64,000 bases of DNA from Candidatus Peribacteria bacterium RIFCSPHIGHO2_01_FULL_55_13 (GTDB taxonomy: Bacteria; Patescibacteriota; Gracilibacteria; Peribacterales; Peribacteraceae), in the NCBI GenBank assembly GCA_001788925.1, contig MFXS01000004.1, positions 50,464-114,463 on the forward strand, given 5' to 3'. Made by a program: the position numbers and the translations under genes. The notes beneath the pieces were generated by a model. The model was not told where the DNA came from. It did not search any database and was given only the letters and a program-made list of their open reading frames with translations. Below are positions 26,357 through 35,905 of the stretch, one piece after another. Numbering within the stretch: the stretch's first letter is position 1; each line of letters begins with the position of its first letter.

Positions 26357-27130
26357 TTACACAGTCTTCAATTCATCAAACAACACCATCATCGAAAGCA
26401 ATGCCAGGATGGTTGCCGGTGCATTGAGCGCGGCATCGATCACGTCCATCACCAGAGTCGATGCGGGAGCCAGTCCATCGACTGCGAGATATCCCAAGAA
26501 CGAAATCAGATTCGGAATGCCGTAGACCAGAAGGAAGATCACCACCATCCGCCAGGTCATTGCCCAGAGGTTCCCGCGAACCACGTCCTTGCTGCGCTTG
26601 AGCGCGCCGCGGTAGGCAATATCCTCCGTCACAACGATGATGTCGTTGAAGATCGTGCGCAGGGAATAGATGATGCCCGGGATAACCAGAAGAAGAGTCC
26701 AGAGGAGCGTGAAGCAGGTGCGCAGCAGCTGCGTGAGAAGCAGCGGCAGAATAAAGGAACGTCCTTCACGGGCGACCGCCGCCAGCGACGTGCGGTTTCT
26801 GCCGGCGCGCGAGTGGACGAGTTTCTTTCCGATGAGCAAGACGCACGCGCCGCCCCAGAGCATCACGACTGCAAGAACAAGAATCGCGACGATAGCGATA
26901 GCAACGGCCATATCCTGCTGCGCTTCCGTAAATCCAAGGAAGTCGCCATTTTCGTTCCAGTCCATGAGCGTGGAAAAGATATTCATGAGCGCTCCGGGGA
27001 TCAGGAAAAACCAGAACGCCACTCCTTTGAGCGCGGGCTGTTTCTTTCCGAACTCCCAGGCGGTGCCGATGAGGGAAAAAGGCGACGAGATAGCCAAAAA
27101 GTACGCGGGATAGCCGCTTGATGCAAGCAT
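26357..27130 (-). CDS. multi-pass membrane protein (hypothetical)
   Basis: 257 aa with 5-6 hydrophobic helices. Confidence 0.6.
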   Translation of the reverse strand: MLASSGYPAYFLAISSPFSLIGTAWEFGKKQPALKGVAFWFFLIPGALMNIFSTLMDWNENGDFLGFTEAQQDMAVAIAIVAILVLAVVMLWGGACVLLIGKKLVHSRAGRNRTSLAAVAREGRSFILPLLLTQLLRTCFTLLWTLLLVIPGIIYSLRTIFNDIIVVTEDIAYRGALKRSKDVVRGNLWAMTWRMVVIFLLVYGIPNLISFLGYLAVDGLAPASTLVMDVIDAALNAPATILALLSMMVLFDELKTV

Positions 27131-27143
27131 TCTTCTTCGGCGG

Positions 27144-28106
27144 TTACTTGCGCTTTACGCGGATGAACCCGGAGATATCCACCGTGGAGAGCTGCTTCTC
27201 CTCTTTTCCAAGAATATCGAGCAGCAGGTTGATGCCCAGGGCGTCGCTGGCCATGTGGCTGCACTGGACCATGTTCACGTGGTGTTTCTTGGCCTCATCG
27301 AGCGTCTTCTCGGTGACGTGCATGGAAAGGATGGTGCCGACTCCCGCGTGGGACTGGGCGATCAATTGGTCCTCCGGGCCGTTCGTTCCTCCTGTGAACT
27401 CCGTCGCCGTGATCTTGCCGGGGCGACTGTTCCTCGAGCCGTTCACGATGATCGGGGGATTTCCTTTGCGGGCGTATTCCTTGTATTCTGGAATCTCGAG
27501 AAGCGCATTGAGAATTTCTCCGAGATCATCGAACTCCTTCTTGCAGATCGTCTTTTCAATGAAGCGCCAGACGAGGTTGTCGGTGATGGTGTGGCAGCAG
27601 AACGCCGGAATGCCGAGAAGTTCCGCAGCGCGCTCGGTCCTGAAGAGGTTATCTGCATGAATCGAACGCCAGACACGGTCTTGGCGGGGTCTCAGGTGCG
27701 CTTCCGAGTGGTTTACCGGAACGCCGAGGGAAGCGAGAACATCTACCTGCAGGTCCATCACCTTGTCGAGATCGGCCAAAGCACGGCCCTCGGGATGGTG
27801 AATGAGGACCCCGTCAATTTTCTCTCCCTTGGCGCGCAACCGGTCGATCAAAAGCATTTCGGGTGTCTCGATGTCGATCCCCACGACCAGGCGCTTGATC
27901 TCTTCATTACCGTTTCCATTGATAATCCGGCAGTCGGAGTATGGATTCCATGTCCGTTCGTTGTCGGCGAATTCCTTTTCTTTGCCTTCGAGCTTCGCCT
28001 GGCGCTTTTCCTCTTTCTTCAGCGTCTTCTCGATCTGCTTTCGGCCACGGACATCCGCATCGATGCCGATATCGACGCAGCGTTGGAAGAGTTTAGAGAA
28101 CTTCAT
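27144..28106 (-). CDS. NIF3 (dinuclear metal centre)-like protein, tentative
   Basis: GVLIHHPEG and CSHMASD resemble NIF3 HHP and C-terminal H..E/D motifs. Confidence 0.45.
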   Translation of the reverse strand: MKFSKLFQRCVDIGIDADVRGRKQIEKTLKKEEKRQAKLEGKEKEFADNERTWNPYSDCRIINGNGNEEIKRLVVGIDIETPEMLLIDRLRAKGEKIDGVLIHHPEGRALADLDKVMDLQVDVLASLGVPVNHSEAHLRPRQDRVWRSIHADNLFRTERAAELLGIPAFCCHTITDNLVWRFIEKTICKKEFDDLGEILNALLEIPEYKEYARKGNPPIIVNGSRNSRPGKITATEFTGGTNGPEDQLIAQSHAGVGTILSMHVTEKTLDEAKKHHVNMVQCSHMASDALGINLLLDILGKEEKQLSTVDISGFIRVKRK

Positions 28107-28185
28107 AGTGGGAGCAGAGTACAGCGCTCATGATGGGGGAAGCAACTTTGTCTTACATGGGGAAACAATGATGTCTCTTTCGGTA

Positions 28186-28222
28186 TCCACTTTCTTTTGT
28201 CTCCCCGACAAAAGAAAGTGGA
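28186..28222. repeat. perfect 16-bp inverted repeat (TCCACTTTCTTTTGTC / GACAAAAGAAAGTGGA)
   Basis: Loop TCCCC; sequence related to the GGAAAGT heptamer family. Confidence 0.8.
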
Positions 28223-28385
28223 GAAAGAAAAGCGCACCGCGCGCCAATACTCCTCCGCCCGGCCCTGGGTCTCGATGGAAACGCCTCCAAGGCTTCGGCG
28301 TTTTCATCTCGACTTCCGTCCGCTGCGGCGAACGGAAAAGCAGGGCCTTCCCCAACACCCCCCGTGGCGCGCGGAACCCACCCGC

Positions 28386-30470
28386 CTATGTTTTTACTAC
28401 GACTTTGGCATCCAATACTGAAATCCCTGCATCAGAAACAAGCACGGGATTACAATCAAGTTCTTCTATCTGCGGACATTCGTGAAGCATCTCCGAGACA
28501 GCGACGATTGCTCGTGCCAGCGCATCAATATCACTCCTCGCTTTTCCGCGCATGCCCAGCAGCAGTTTCCAGCTCTTTAATTCCGTAAGCATCCGGTATG
28601 CCTCTTCTTCGTTGATCGGTGCAATCCGGAATACCGTATCTCTGAAGAGTTCCGTATAGATACCGCCGAGCCCTACCATCACCATCGGGCCGAAGGAGGC
28701 ATCCTGAAGACCGCCGATGATGAATTCGTTGCCTGGGGGGAGGTGCTTTTGGATTAAAATTGAGAATGGAGAATTGAGAATTGAGAATTTGGATGCTGTG
28801 ACATTCGCCATGATTTCTTCGCATGCTTTCCGAACGTCCGCTTCATTCTGAAGATTGCCTTTCACGCCTCCGATGTCGGTTTTATGCAGAATCTGCGGTG
28901 AACTGATCTTGGCGATCACCGGAAATCCGATGTCTTTGGCAATCTGCACGGCTTCATCAGCCGACGTCGCGACTTTGGCTTTGGGTTGCGGCAATTGGTA
29001 GAGATCGAAGAGTTCTTTAGAGGTGTCTTCATCCAGTAACCCTGAATGCTTCCCGAGAATCTTCTGGGCCTTCTCTTTCCGTACACGCGCTCCGCGTTTT
29101 TCGGATGCCTCCGCGCCGTTTTTTCGGGGAAGCAGCGTTGCCATCGCATGGACCGCCGCTTCCGGAGTAGGGAAGTGGGGGATGCCGGCCTCCATCAGAA
29201 TTTTTTCTCCTTTTTCCACGCTCGGGCCGCCCATGAAGCAGGCGACAATGGGCATCAGCGACTGGCGTTTATGGAAATCCGCTATCGCGGTGGCGATTTC
29301 TTCGACGGGTGTCATCACCTGAGGGGTCAGAAGCGTCACGACACCATCAATACCCGAGTCATCACCAGTTGCTTCGAGTGCGGAGGAGTAGCGGTCGCAC
29401 AGAGCATCACCGAGAACGTCGATGGGGTTCCCGATGCTTGCGGAAGAGGGGAGTTGGCCTTTCAGGCGATTGCACATTGCAGATTGCAGAGGGGGCAACT
29501 CAAGACCGGCTGCCTCGGTGGCATCTGTCGCAAGGATTCCCGGACCGCCGGCGTTGGTGATCACGGCAATGCGGTTCGTTCGTAATTGTGGCTGCGTGGA
29601 AAGCGTCTGGAGGAGCATCAAAAATTCTTCAGCATTCGCTGCACGATGGATTCCGGCTTGTGCGCATGCGGCATCGATGGCAGCGCTTGATCCGGCAAGC
29701 GCTCCCGTATGCGAAGCAGCTGCTTTACGTCCGGCATCGGAAACGCCGGACTTCAGAAGCACGATTGGTTTTCTTTGACTGATCGTGCCTGCGGTCTTTA
29801 AAAACCGTCGGCCGTCTTTGATGCTTTCAAGATAGAACCCGATCACTTTTGTCTCAGGATCCTCCGCAAGTTCTTCCAAGAAGTCACACTCGTCCATCAG
29901 GGCCTTGTTGCCGATGCTCAAAATCTGCGAGTAGCCGATGCCGAGGCTCAGCGATTGGTCGATCAGCGCCACCGCAAGAGCCCCGGATTGGCTCACCAGC
30001 GCAATCGATCCTGCTTTCGGGAGATCTTTGGCAAAGGAAGCATTCAAGCCAATACTCGGGATCAGGATACCTAAGCAATTTGGGCCGATGATGCGGATTT
30101 TCGATTTACTATTTATGATTTGCGATTGAGCAGCATCGATAATCTGTTGTTCGAGGATTTTTCCTTCATCCGTATGCGTCTCACTGAATCCTGCCGTGAT
30201 GATGACGGCTGTTTGAATACCTTTGGCAACGCATTCTTTCACGATGCCGGGAACCGTGTGCGCCGGCGTCACGATGATTGCGGTATCGACTGCTCCGGGA
30301 ATGTCGCCGATCGTCTTGAACGATTTCTTCCCAAGAATTTCTTCACCTTTCGTATTCACCGCGTACACCTCACCTTTGAATCCTTGCGTCAACAGATTGT
30401 TATAAATCATGTGGCCCACTTTGTGCGGGCTTGCGCTTGCTCCGATGACGGCGATGGATGTTGGGTGCAT
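28386..30470 (-). CDS. acetate--CoA ligase (ADP-forming), fused alpha/beta
   Basis: CoA-binding N-terminus IAVIGASASPHKVGH, succinyl-CoA-synthetase-like and ATP-grasp domains, 694 aa. Confidence 0.9.
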   Translation of the reverse strand: MHPTSIAVIGASASPHKVGHMIYNNLLTQGFKGEVYAVNTKGEEILGKKSFKTIGDIPGAVDTAIIVTPAHTVPGIVKECVAKGIQTAVIITAGFSETHTDEGKILEQQIIDAAQSQIINSKSKIRIIGPNCLGILIPSIGLNASFAKDLPKAGSIALVSQSGALAVALIDQSLSLGIGYSQILSIGNKALMDECDFLEELAEDPETKVIGFYLESIKDGRRFLKTAGTISQRKPIVLLKSGVSDAGRKAAASHTGALAGSSAAIDAACAQAGIHRAANAEEFLMLLQTLSTQPQLRTNRIAVITNAGGPGILATDATEAAGLELPPLQSAMCNRLKGQLPSSASIGNPIDVLGDALCDRYSSALEATGDDSGIDGVVTLLTPQVMTPVEEIATAIADFHKRQSLMPIVACFMGGPSVEKGEKILMEAGIPHFPTPEAAVHAMATLLPRKNGAEASEKRGARVRKEKAQKILGKHSGLLDEDTSKELFDLYQLPQPKAKVATSADEAVQIAKDIGFPVIAKISSPQILHKTDIGGVKGNLQNEADVRKACEEIMANVTASKFSILNSPFSILIQKHLPPGNEFIIGGLQDASFGPMVMVGLGGIYTELFRDTVFRIAPINEEEAYRMLTELKSWKLLLGMRGKARSDIDALARAIVAVSEMLHECPQIEELDCNPVLVSDAGISVLDAKVVVKT
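28751..28792. repeat. 7-nt-periodic repeat module in CDS (AAATTGA/GAATTGA units)
   Basis: Read on minus strand as KFSILNSPFSILIQ. Confidence 0.85.
30093..30130. repeat. 7-nt-periodic repeat module in CDS (xxxGATT units)
   Basis: Read as [10 protein letters not shown]; 30102-30127 matches 63234-63259 at 25 of 26 nt. Confidence 0.85.
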
Positions 30471-30486
30471 GTGTACGTCGAGAATG

Positions 30487-31473
30487 CTACTCCGTTTGTG
30501 CGACAGAGATCAGTTTCCTGTTGGTGAATATTTCTATTGCATCAAGATATTTATCTTTTGCACGATCTTCAGACATTGGGATGCGGTCCAGGTCCTGTTT
30601 GATTGATGCATACACATCAGACCATGCCGTGCTCAGCCCATCGCGCACTTTTTCCAGTATTGCAATTTGCACGGTGCGCACATCGACACCGCGGCCGCCT
30701 TCCACATCTTGGCGATACTTTTGCAGCGTACTTTCGATCTGCTGTTCATTCTCACCTGGGACAAACTTTGTTATGCCCTTTTCGATATTCATCATCATGT
30801 CGATTTCATCAGCCATGTCATAAAGGTCGAGATCTTCCTCGATAAATCCGTTTCTTTCCAGATATTCGATAGCCTGCAGTAGTTGTTTCTTTATTCGTTC
30901 TTCCTCCAAGCCAGAAATTTCCTGTTGTGCAGTTACAAACTTGAACCAATCATCCGGAGTATGCGGCTGGCCTTCTTCTATCTGTTCCATGTACCACACA
31001 CATGCGCTTTGCAGATCGGGGTCCAGCACACTTAAGAGATGAACACGCCAAGCATCTCTCTCCTGGTCAGAGATCGTAGCCTTTGAGGCGCCATTGTAGA
31101 AATCTTCTGCGAGAGCATTTATAAGATTCGCTCCTTGATTTTGTACTACAGGTGCATTGGATTGAGGCTGCGCGGGCGTGTCGATCCACTGTTTTTCAAA
31201 CATTCGAATAAGTACGGCCTTATACCAATCTTGACGTGCCTTTAGTCCGCCCATCACTTCCTCGCTCACACTCTCCCAATCAATAGGCTTGCCTCCCTCT
31301 ATTCGCTGTAACAGTAAATCGTACAATTTATACTCGGTTGTGGCGCCAAGTGTTCTTAAATTTTTATAGATACCAGGAAGATTGGCATCAGGTGTTAGTT
31401 CTGGCTTAGCCGTTCCTGCAGATATTGCATCCACTTTTTCGACATGACTGGGGTGTGGCTCCTTCTGTGTCAT
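30487..31473 (-). CDS. hypothetical protein (AT-richer orphan, acidic)
   Basis: 328-aa ORF with protein-like composition and no motif recognised. Confidence 0.6.
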   Translation of the reverse strand: MTQKEPHPSHVEKVDAISAGTAKPELTPDANLPGIYKNLRTLGATTEYKLYDLLLQRIEGGKPIDWESVSEEVMGGLKARQDWYKAVLIRMFEKQWIDTPAQPQSNAPVVQNQGANLINALAEDFYNGASKATISDQERDAWRVHLLSVLDPDLQSACVWYMEQIEEGQPHTPDDWFKFVTAQQEISGLEEERIKKQLLQAIEYLERNGFIEEDLDLYDMADEIDMMMNIEKGITKFVPGENEQQIESTLQKYRQDVEGGRGVDVRTVQIAILEKVRDGLSTAWSDVYASIKQDLDRIPMSEDRAKDKYLDAIEIFTNRKLISVAQTE

Positions 31474-31535
31474 ATATGATTATTATACATCAATTGTGTG
31501 TTTTAGGCAAATATAGAATAGCTATCAGTAGATTC

Positions 31536-32021
31536 ATGCTATTGCGCTACAATGCGCAGGTGTCATCACTCCAGATTATTTACGCCAGTACCAGCGGGCA
31601 TACCGAGTACGTTGTCGGCGTCCTGACAGAGGTTTTAAAAGGAGCGTTGCAGGTTGCAACGTGCAATGCCGAGGCTGCAACGCCGGAGGATCTTTTGAAA
31701 GGAGATAACCTTATTCTTGCCTGCGGCACCTGGAATACCGATGGGCCTGAGGGGCAGCTCAATCCGCATATGAAAGATCTTCTGGTTGGCAGGGCCAAGG
31801 ACATTGATCTTGCCGGGAAGCAGGTTGCCATTATCGCGCTTGGTGATGACCGTTATTACTATACCTGCAGGTCGGGGGAGCACATGCGCAGGTTCGTGCT
31901 CGATCACGGCGGAAAGATCCTCGGAGATGCATTGCTTGTGGTGAATGAGCCGTACGGTCAGGAGGAGAGAGTGAAGAAGTGGGCGGAAGCTCTTCATCAA
32001 AAATTAGCAATTAGGAATTAG
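31536..32021 (+). CDS. flavodoxin
   Basis: IIYASTSGHTEYV FMN-phosphate loop and LACGTWNTDG; track start trimmed to 31536. Confidence 0.8.
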   Translation: MLLRYNAQVSSLQIIYASTSGHTEYVVGVLTEVLKGALQVATCNAEAATPEDLLKGDNLILACGTWNTDGPEGQLNPHMKDLLVGRAKDIDLAGKQVAIIALGDDRYYYTCRSGEHMRRFVLDHGGKILGDALLVVNEPYGQEERVKKWAEALHQKLAIRN

Positions 32022-32035
32022 CAATTAGCAATTTT
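31999..32035. repeat. 7-nt-periodic repeat module (AATTAGC/AATTAGG units), left arm flanking korA
   Basis: Supplies the last codons and TAG stop of flavodoxin; ends at the korA ATG; inverted partner at 33801-33836. Confidence 0.85.
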
Positions 32036-33826
32036 ATGCGAATTTCACTCAAAGTTACCGGCGCGCAAGGTCAAGGAGTCAACTCCATAGGAGAGATGTG
32101 TGCAAAGGGTCTCAAGCGTGCGGGGTACTGCGTGTTTGGATACAAAGAATATATGTCCCTCATCAAAGGCGGACACAGCAGTTATCAGCTTGATGTCGCA
32201 TCCGAAGCCATCGAGAGCAGCGAGACAACGGTGGATATGCTCGTGTGTTTCAATCACCACGGACTCGAGCGTAATGCACTAGAGGTGAAGAGCTGCGGGA
32301 TCATCCTGCACCAGACGCCGCAGTGGAAATACACCAAAGAACAGCAGAAGGTGCTCGAGGATCGTGGCATCCGGACGGTATATCTCCCTTCAGAGGACAT
32401 CCTGAAAAAGCTCAAGGCGAAGCCGATCTTAGGCAACGTGCTCGTCACATCTGTCGTCTGGGCATTGCTTGGGCGCAAGGCTGAAGAACTGAAGGAGCTT
32501 GTGCAGGAACAGTTCGGGCATAAAGGGGAGAAGGTGGTAGCGATGAACTTCCAGTGCATCGAAGAAGGGTTCGCATTCTTGGGAGAGGAAAGTGGAAAGT
32601 GGAAAGTGGAAAGTGGGCTGCGGTTACCCAAGTCTGATCCTTCATGGAAAGATCATCTGCTGATTACCGGAAGCGAGGCGATGGGACTCGGGCTCATCCA
32701 CGCAGGATGCCGTCTGTACTGCGGATATCCGATGACGCCGAGTTCGCCGCTGCTGAGTTACATCGCGGGGATGCAGAACAAGACCGGGATGATCATCAAG
32801 CAGGCGGAAGATGAGATCACGGCCGCGCAGATGATGAGCGGGGCGATGCACATGGGCACACGCGCAGCGACGGGCACCTCGGGCGGGGGATTCGACCTCA
32901 TGACCGAGACGCTTTCACTCGATGCCATCATCGAAAATCCTTCCGTCTTCATTCTCGCACAGCGCCCTGGGCCAGCAACGGGCCTTCCTACATGGACCGC
33001 GCAGGGTGATCTTCTTCTGGCCGTGGGTTCGTCGCACGGGGAATTCGCGCGCTGCGTGATTTCCGTGGCCGATGCACAGGATTGCTACGACCTGATGCCC
33101 GAAGCATTTAACATTGCCGAGAAATATCAGACTCCGGTGATTGTGATGACGGATAAGCAGATCGCAGAAGCGTTATTCACGCAGAAACCGTACGATCAGA
33201 AGAAGGCGAAGCTTGATCGGGGAAATCTGGTGACCGATCCGAAGGCCTTAAAGAAGCTCAAGAGCACGGACCGCTACGATCCGAATGCTAAGGATGGCAT
33301 CTCCCCGCGATGGCTTCCCGGAAGCCTTGCTGCGACCTACTGTGCGCAGGGTGACGAGCATAACGGCGATGGTTCTGTAGATGAAAGCGCGAAGAATGCG
33401 GTGGAGCAGATAGAGAAGAGGATGAAGAAGATGAAAGCGATGGAGCGGGAGACGCCAGAGCCTGTACTGACGGTAATGAGCAATGAGAAATTAGCAGTTA
33501 GCAATGAAGAGCCGGCATTGGATCTTCTTGTGGTGAGCTGGGGGAGTAATAAGGGGGTGATCATGGATGCTTTGAAGGTTGCGGGTTCCGGGTTACGGGT
33601 TGGGTATCTCCATTACACATACCTCTGGCCGATGAAGACAGAGAGGCTGAGCAAGTTGATGAAAAAGTCGAAAAAGACCGTGCTTGTGGAGTGCAACTAT
33701 GGAGGACAACTTGGCATGTTGATTCAGATGGCCGGAGGCCCCACGATCAAAGAAAAGATTTTGAAATATGACGGCAGGCCGTTCTTCGTCGATGAGCTCC
33801 AAAAATTGCTCATTGCTAACTCCTAA
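32036..33826 (+). CDS. 2-oxoacid:ferredoxin oxidoreductase, fused gamma-alpha subunit
   Basis: 596 aa; GAQGQGVNS gamma-domain N-terminus then the alpha domain (GYPMTPSSPLL). Confidence 0.9.
   Translation: MRISLKVTGAQGQGVNSIGEMCAKGLKRAGYCVFGYKEYMSLIKGGHSSYQLDVASEAIESSETTVDMLVCFNHHGLERNALEVKSCGIILHQTPQWKYTKEQQKVLEDRGIRTVYLPSEDILKKLKAKPILGNVLVTSVVWALLGRKAEELKELVQEQFGHKGEKVVAMNFQCIEEGFAFLGEESGKWKVESGLRLPKSDPSWKDHLLITGSEAMGLGLIHAGCRLYCGYPMTPSSPLLSYIAGMQNKTGMIIKQAEDEITAAQMMSGAMHMGTRAATGTSGGGFDLMTETLSLDAIIENPSVFILAQRPGPATGLPTWTAQGDLLLAVGSSHGEFARCVISVADAQDCYDLMPEAFNIAEKYQTPVIVMTDKQIAEALFTQKPYDQKKAKLDRGNLVTDPKALKKLKSTDRYDPNAKDGISPRWLPGSLAATYCAQGDEHNGDGSVDESAKNAVEQIEKRMKKMKAMERETPEPVLTVMSNEKLAVSNEEPALDLLVVSWGSNKGVIMDALKVAGSGLRVGYLHYTYLWPMKTERLSKLMKKSKKTVLVECNYGGQLGMLIQMAGGPTIKEKILKYDGRPFFVDELQKLLIANS
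32585..32617. repeat. 7-nt-periodic repeat module in CDS (GGAAAGT x4)
   Basis: Read as EESGKWKVESG at the gamma/alpha domain junction. Confidence 0.9.
33473..33509. repeat. 7-nt-periodic repeat module in CDS (GCAATGA/GAAATTA/GCAGTTA units)
   Basis: Read as VMSNEKLAVSNEE; same family as the arms flanking the gene. Confidence 0.7.
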
Positions 33827-33836
33827 TTGCTAATTT
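33801..33836. repeat. 7-nt-periodic repeat module, right arm flanking korA (inverted copy of 31999-32035)
   Basis: Reverse complement differs from the left arm at 2 positions; supplies the korA C-terminus QKLLIANS and the TAA. Confidence 0.85.
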
Positions 33837-33838
33837 CC

Positions 33839-34729
33839 ATGTCTATCCCCCTCGATTCCGGAACGGCCAAAAAGATGAGTGCATTCCACTGCGCAAACCA
33901 GTGCACGTGGTGCGATGGGTGCGGCGACTATGGCATCTGGACGGCGGTGAAGCGCGCGCTCAGTGAGAGCGACATTCCGCCGCACGGGGTTTTGCTCTGC
34001 TACGACGTCGGATGTCATGGAAATACCAGTGACAAGATCCTCGGCTACCGTTTCCACGGCCTCCATGGCCGCGTGATTCCCTTTGCCGCAGGCGCCAAGC
34101 TCGCTAATCCTCGTCTTCCGGTGATGGCCTTCGGTGGCGACGGCGCGAGCTTCTCCGAAGGAGTCGGGCACCTCGTTCACGGTATTCGCAGCAACTACCC
34201 GATCACGTTCGTGCTCCACAATAACGGCAACTACGGGCTCACCACGGGGCAGGCAAGCAGCCTTACACAGCAGGGCCAGCCGATGAACAGTTCCCCGAAC
34301 GGCATCCCCGAGCACACGCTCAATTCCATGGACTTTGTGTTCTCGCTCGAGCCCACCTTCGTTGCCCGCGCCTGGTCGGGGGATATCGATATGATGACAA
34401 AGGTTCTCAAAGCGGCCATCGGCCATCGTGGCTTCGCGTTCGTGGACATCCTTCAGGCATGCCCCACCTACAACCACTTCGCCACGCACTCGTACCTTAT
34501 GGAGAAGTGTTACGACGTGAATGCGGAAGGCCACACGCCGGATGATTTTTCGAAGGCCCGCGCCCTCGCTCTCGATACCTCAAAGCGTATCGCTTGCGGT
34601 GTGCTCTTCCAGCGCGAGGATATGCCGAGTTTTTATGAGAGGTTGGAACCGAGGAAGGATTGCAAAACAACTGCGGTGGAAGAAGTGCAGATTGTGGATA
34701 CGGCGGAGTGGGAGCACGAATTTATGTGA
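33839..34729 (+). CDS. 2-oxoacid:ferredoxin oxidoreductase, beta (TPP-binding) subunit
   Basis: WCDGCGDYG and GGDGASFSEG TPP motifs. Confidence 0.9.
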   Translation: MSIPLDSGTAKKMSAFHCANQCTWCDGCGDYGIWTAVKRALSESDIPPHGVLLCYDVGCHGNTSDKILGYRFHGLHGRVIPFAAGAKLANPRLPVMAFGGDGASFSEGVGHLVHGIRSNYPITFVLHNNGNYGLTTGQASSLTQQGQPMNSSPNGIPEHTLNSMDFVFSLEPTFVARAWSGDIDMMTKVLKAAIGHRGFAFVDILQACPTYNHFATHSYLMEKCYDVNAEGHTPDDFSKARALALDTSKRIACGVLFQREDMPSFYERLEPRKDCKTTAVEEVQIVDTAEWEHEFM

Positions 34730-34816
34730 GGAATGGCCAAAAATCCGGTGCAACAACATGTTGTTTTTTGAAGAAAACACTTTTCATTTCCGGGAACATC
34801 CTTAAAATGCGCGCCC

Positions 34817-35170
34817 ATGGCGAAAAGTAAATCCCCGGAGGCAGATCTTGAAGATCATACCGCTAGAGCAGAGGGGCTCATAAGGGAATATGGAAGACGG
34901 GGGGCAGATAAAACGAACATTTTCATCCAATTAGAGAAGGTGCGAGGAGCGATAACGACGCTTCTGGAGAAAATACATGGAGATGATTGGTTTGAGGCAA
35001 GTACCGATGATCCGAGATTGGATCAGCTCTTCGGAAACATCGGTGCCATTGCGCGCGGACAGGAACGCAAACTGCCTCCTCCAGGGGCAATAAAAAAGAG
35101 CATCACCTCTAAGAGAGCAAAGACAGCGGCGTATCTGGCAAACCCCGCACAGGTCGACCGAATACGCTGA
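34817..35170 (+). CDS. hypothetical protein
   Basis: 117-aa ORF, charged/helical composition. Confidence 0.45.
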   Translation: MAKSKSPEADLEDHTARAEGLIREYGRRGADKTNIFIQLEKVRGAITTLLEKIHGDDWFEASTDDPRLDQLFGNIGAIARGQERKLPPPGAIKKSITSKRAKTAAYLANPAQVDRIR

Positions 35171-35212
35171 ATTCTGTGTACCCAATTCACCGGACGTTAT
35201 ACCCTTTTATCT

Positions 35213-35905
35213 ATGCGGATAGATATCATCACGCTTTTTCCGGCGATGTTCCAAGGTCCTCTAACCGAGAGCATCCTAAAACGTGCCCAGGATGAAGAAA
35301 AACTGGAGATTGTCTTTCATGACCTTCGCCAGTTCGGCCTTGGGAAATATCATCAGGTGGATGACAGCCCGTATGGCGGCGGCGCCGGAATGTTGATGAG
35401 AGCAGATGTAATTGTTCCGGCGTTAGAGAAGATCGCCGAAAGAAAAATGCATAAAGGAAAAAGCAAAAAGCCGTACACGATCTATTTTTCTCCGAGAGGG
35501 AAGAAGTTAAAGCAGGCGAAGGTGGAGAAGCTGGCGAAGAAAGAATGGCTGATCCTACTTTGCGGACATTACGAAGGCATTGATCAGCGTGTCATCGACG
35601 GTGGCTGGTTCGACGGGGCTCACCATAAATGGATCGATGAAGAGATTTCGATCGGGGATTATGTGCTGACCGGCGGCGAGCTTCCAGCAATGGTCCTGAT
35701 CGACGCTGTGGCGCGGCAGATTCCGGGGGTGCTCGGGAAAGAGGCTTCAGTACACGAAGAGAGCTTTTCGGCTTCCCTCGGCCGTAAAAAGGAATATCCG
35801 CATTTCACGCGCCCGGAGGAATTTAGGGGGCTCAAGGTGCCCGATATTCTGCTTTCCGGGCATCACGGGGAGATAGAGAAGTGGAGGAAGGAAAACGTGA
35901 AGTAA
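35213..35905 (+). CDS. trmD: tRNA (guanine37-N1)-methyltransferase
   Basis: MRIDIITLFPAMFQGPL, GHYEGIDQRV and IGDYVLTGGELPAMVLIDAV motifs. Confidence 0.93.
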   Translation: MRIDIITLFPAMFQGPLTESILKRAQDEEKLEIVFHDLRQFGLGKYHQVDDSPYGGGAGMLMRADVIVPALEKIAERKMHKGKSKKPYTIYFSPRGKKLKQAKVEKLAKKEWLILLCGHYEGIDQRVIDGGWFDGAHHKWIDEEISIGDYVLTGGELPAMVLIDAVARQIPGVLGKEASVHEESFSASLGRKKEYPHFTRPEEFRGLKVPDILLSGHHGEIEKWRKENVK

